Positions 63,139 through 64,000 of a stretch of 64,000 bases of DNA are shown in pieces. The notes below the pieces were generated by a model, which saw only the letters and a list, made by a program, of their open reading frames with translations, ran no database searches and was not told the DNA's origin. This stretch comes from Polyangiales bacterium (GTDB lineage: Bacteria > Myxococcota_A > Polyangia > Polyangiales > Polyangiaceae). The DNA lies in contig JBBRLQ010000003.1 in NCBI GenBank assembly GCA_038231275.1, forward strand, positions 384,001 through 448,000, read 5' to 3'. How positions within the stretch are numbered: the stretch's first letter is position 1; each line of letters starts with the position of its first letter. A program made the position numbers and the translations under genes.

Positions 63139-63768
63139 ATGCGTCCTTCTTCCAACACGTCGAAAAGCCCGCGATACGTGGCGAGCGCTCGCGCCACGCG
63201 GAGCCTATGCGCCGCCGTGTGCGTGGTGGCAGCGGCGAGCCTGGTTAGCCCTACAGCTCGCGCCGAGGAGCCGGTGTCCCTCCGGGTCGCGTCGCCGCCG
63301 ATCGCAGAGTTACGCGCCCAGTATGCCGGATTCTACCGGTACGCGGGCGACGCCAAAGAGCAGCAAGCGCGGCAGGACGCGGTCGAGCGCGCCGTGGGGA
63401 CGTTCTTCTTCGCGGTCCGCGGCATGGCACGCGCGAGCATCGAAGGGCGTACGCGCATCATGCCGACATGCAAGTTCGAGTTCGCGAGCGGGAAGGTCTC
63501 CTCCACGGTGCCCGGTCACGCGGTCGCCGTCAGCCCGGACTCCGGCGCGCCCGCTCCCTACCGCGTCGACGACGACGCGATCGTCCTCACGCAACGCTTC
63601 GAAGGCTCGCACCTCGTGCAGACGTTCGTGGCCGACGAGGGGGGCACCCGCAGGAACGAGTTCTCGCTGAGCGCCGACGGCAAGCTCCTCTTCATGAAGG
63701 CGACCTTGAGCAGCCCCAAGCTCTCCGCGCCGATCGTCTACACCCTCACGTACCGCCGGGCCGAATGA
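63139..63768 (+). CDS. Secreted hypothetical (lipocalin-like beta-barrel)
   Basis: SD GAGGAG; signal peptide; YAGFYRY...FSLSADG..YTLTYRR. Confidence 0.7.
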   Translation: MRPSSNTSKSPRYVASARATRSLCAAVCVVAAASLVSPTARAEEPVSLRVASPPIAELRAQYAGFYRYAGDAKEQQARQDAVERAVGTFFFAVRGMARASIEGRTRIMPTCKFEFASGKVSSTVPGHAVAVSPDSGAPAPYRVDDDAIVLTQRFEGSHLVQTFVADEGGTRRNEFSLSADGKLLFMKATLSSPKLSAPIVYTLTYRRAE

Positions 63769-64000
63769 CCGCGCCCACTGCGTCCCGCTCCGCTCGGCCT
63801 CGTGGCGTGCGTCAACTCGTGTCCGCCGCCGTCGTCGCGTTCGCTGCACTCTCGGTCTCCGCGTGCTCGTCCGCCCCCATGAAGACCGCCGAGCACGTCG
63901 ACCTCACGCGCTTCATGGGCGATTGGTACGTCCTCGCGCACATCCCCACGTCCGAGGAGAAGAACGCGTGGAACGCCGTCGAGTCCTACCGCCTCGCGGA
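63765..64000 (+). CDS. blc: Lipocalin (Blc-like) lipoprotein, 3'-truncated by window
   Basis: ATGA overlap; VSAC lipobox; VDLTRFMGDWYVLAHIP (GxW lipocalin motif); absent from ORF track. Confidence 0.85.
   Translation, partial: MTAPTASRSARPRGVRQLVSAAVVAFAALSVSACSSAPMKTAEHVDLTRFMGDWYVLAHIPTSEEKNAWNAVESYRLA

Noticed and set aside
1-64000. CRISPR arrays, tRNA/rRNA, IS, prophage, retron/DGR or defence systems
   Set aside because: No spaced repeat arrays, structural RNA signatures, transposase, RT or cas-like ORFs were recognised.

Overview
High-GC (roughly 70% by eye) chromosomal window from what looks like a myxobacterium (Polyangiales, Labilithrix/Sorangium-like). The assignment rests on MYXO-CTERM-like tails, a Myxococcales-type ECF sigma, three Hanks kinases and about 23 Cys-/Gly-rich lipoproteins. 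It holds about 65 genes. Recognisable ones are katE, smpB, a cysteine synthase, a Zn-ADH, a PLD, two copper type II monooxygenases, GH28, GNATs, TetR/MerR/ArsR regulators, three ECF sigmas and a lipocalin. I found no rRNA, tRNA, CRISPR array, IS or phage genes. Best leads: (1) a 53-aa, 14-Cys, His-free metallothionein-like gene (30787-30948) missing from the ORF track, directly behind a CorE-like metal-sensing ECF sigma, with its own ECF-type promoter and terminator. (2) Sigma54-type -24/-12 promoters at a fixed distance from ATG (near-leaderless) in front of five exported proteins, including a PLD and a possible pore-forming protein, on top of pervasive sigma70-type leaderless starts. (3) A CarH/CarA-like triple 11-bp repeat operator ahead of a lipocalin operon. 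(4) A GH28-CBM gene split by one in-frame amber codon, an internally deleted FGE-domain gene and a Rossmann stub. All family calls are motif recognition by eye; no database searches were run.
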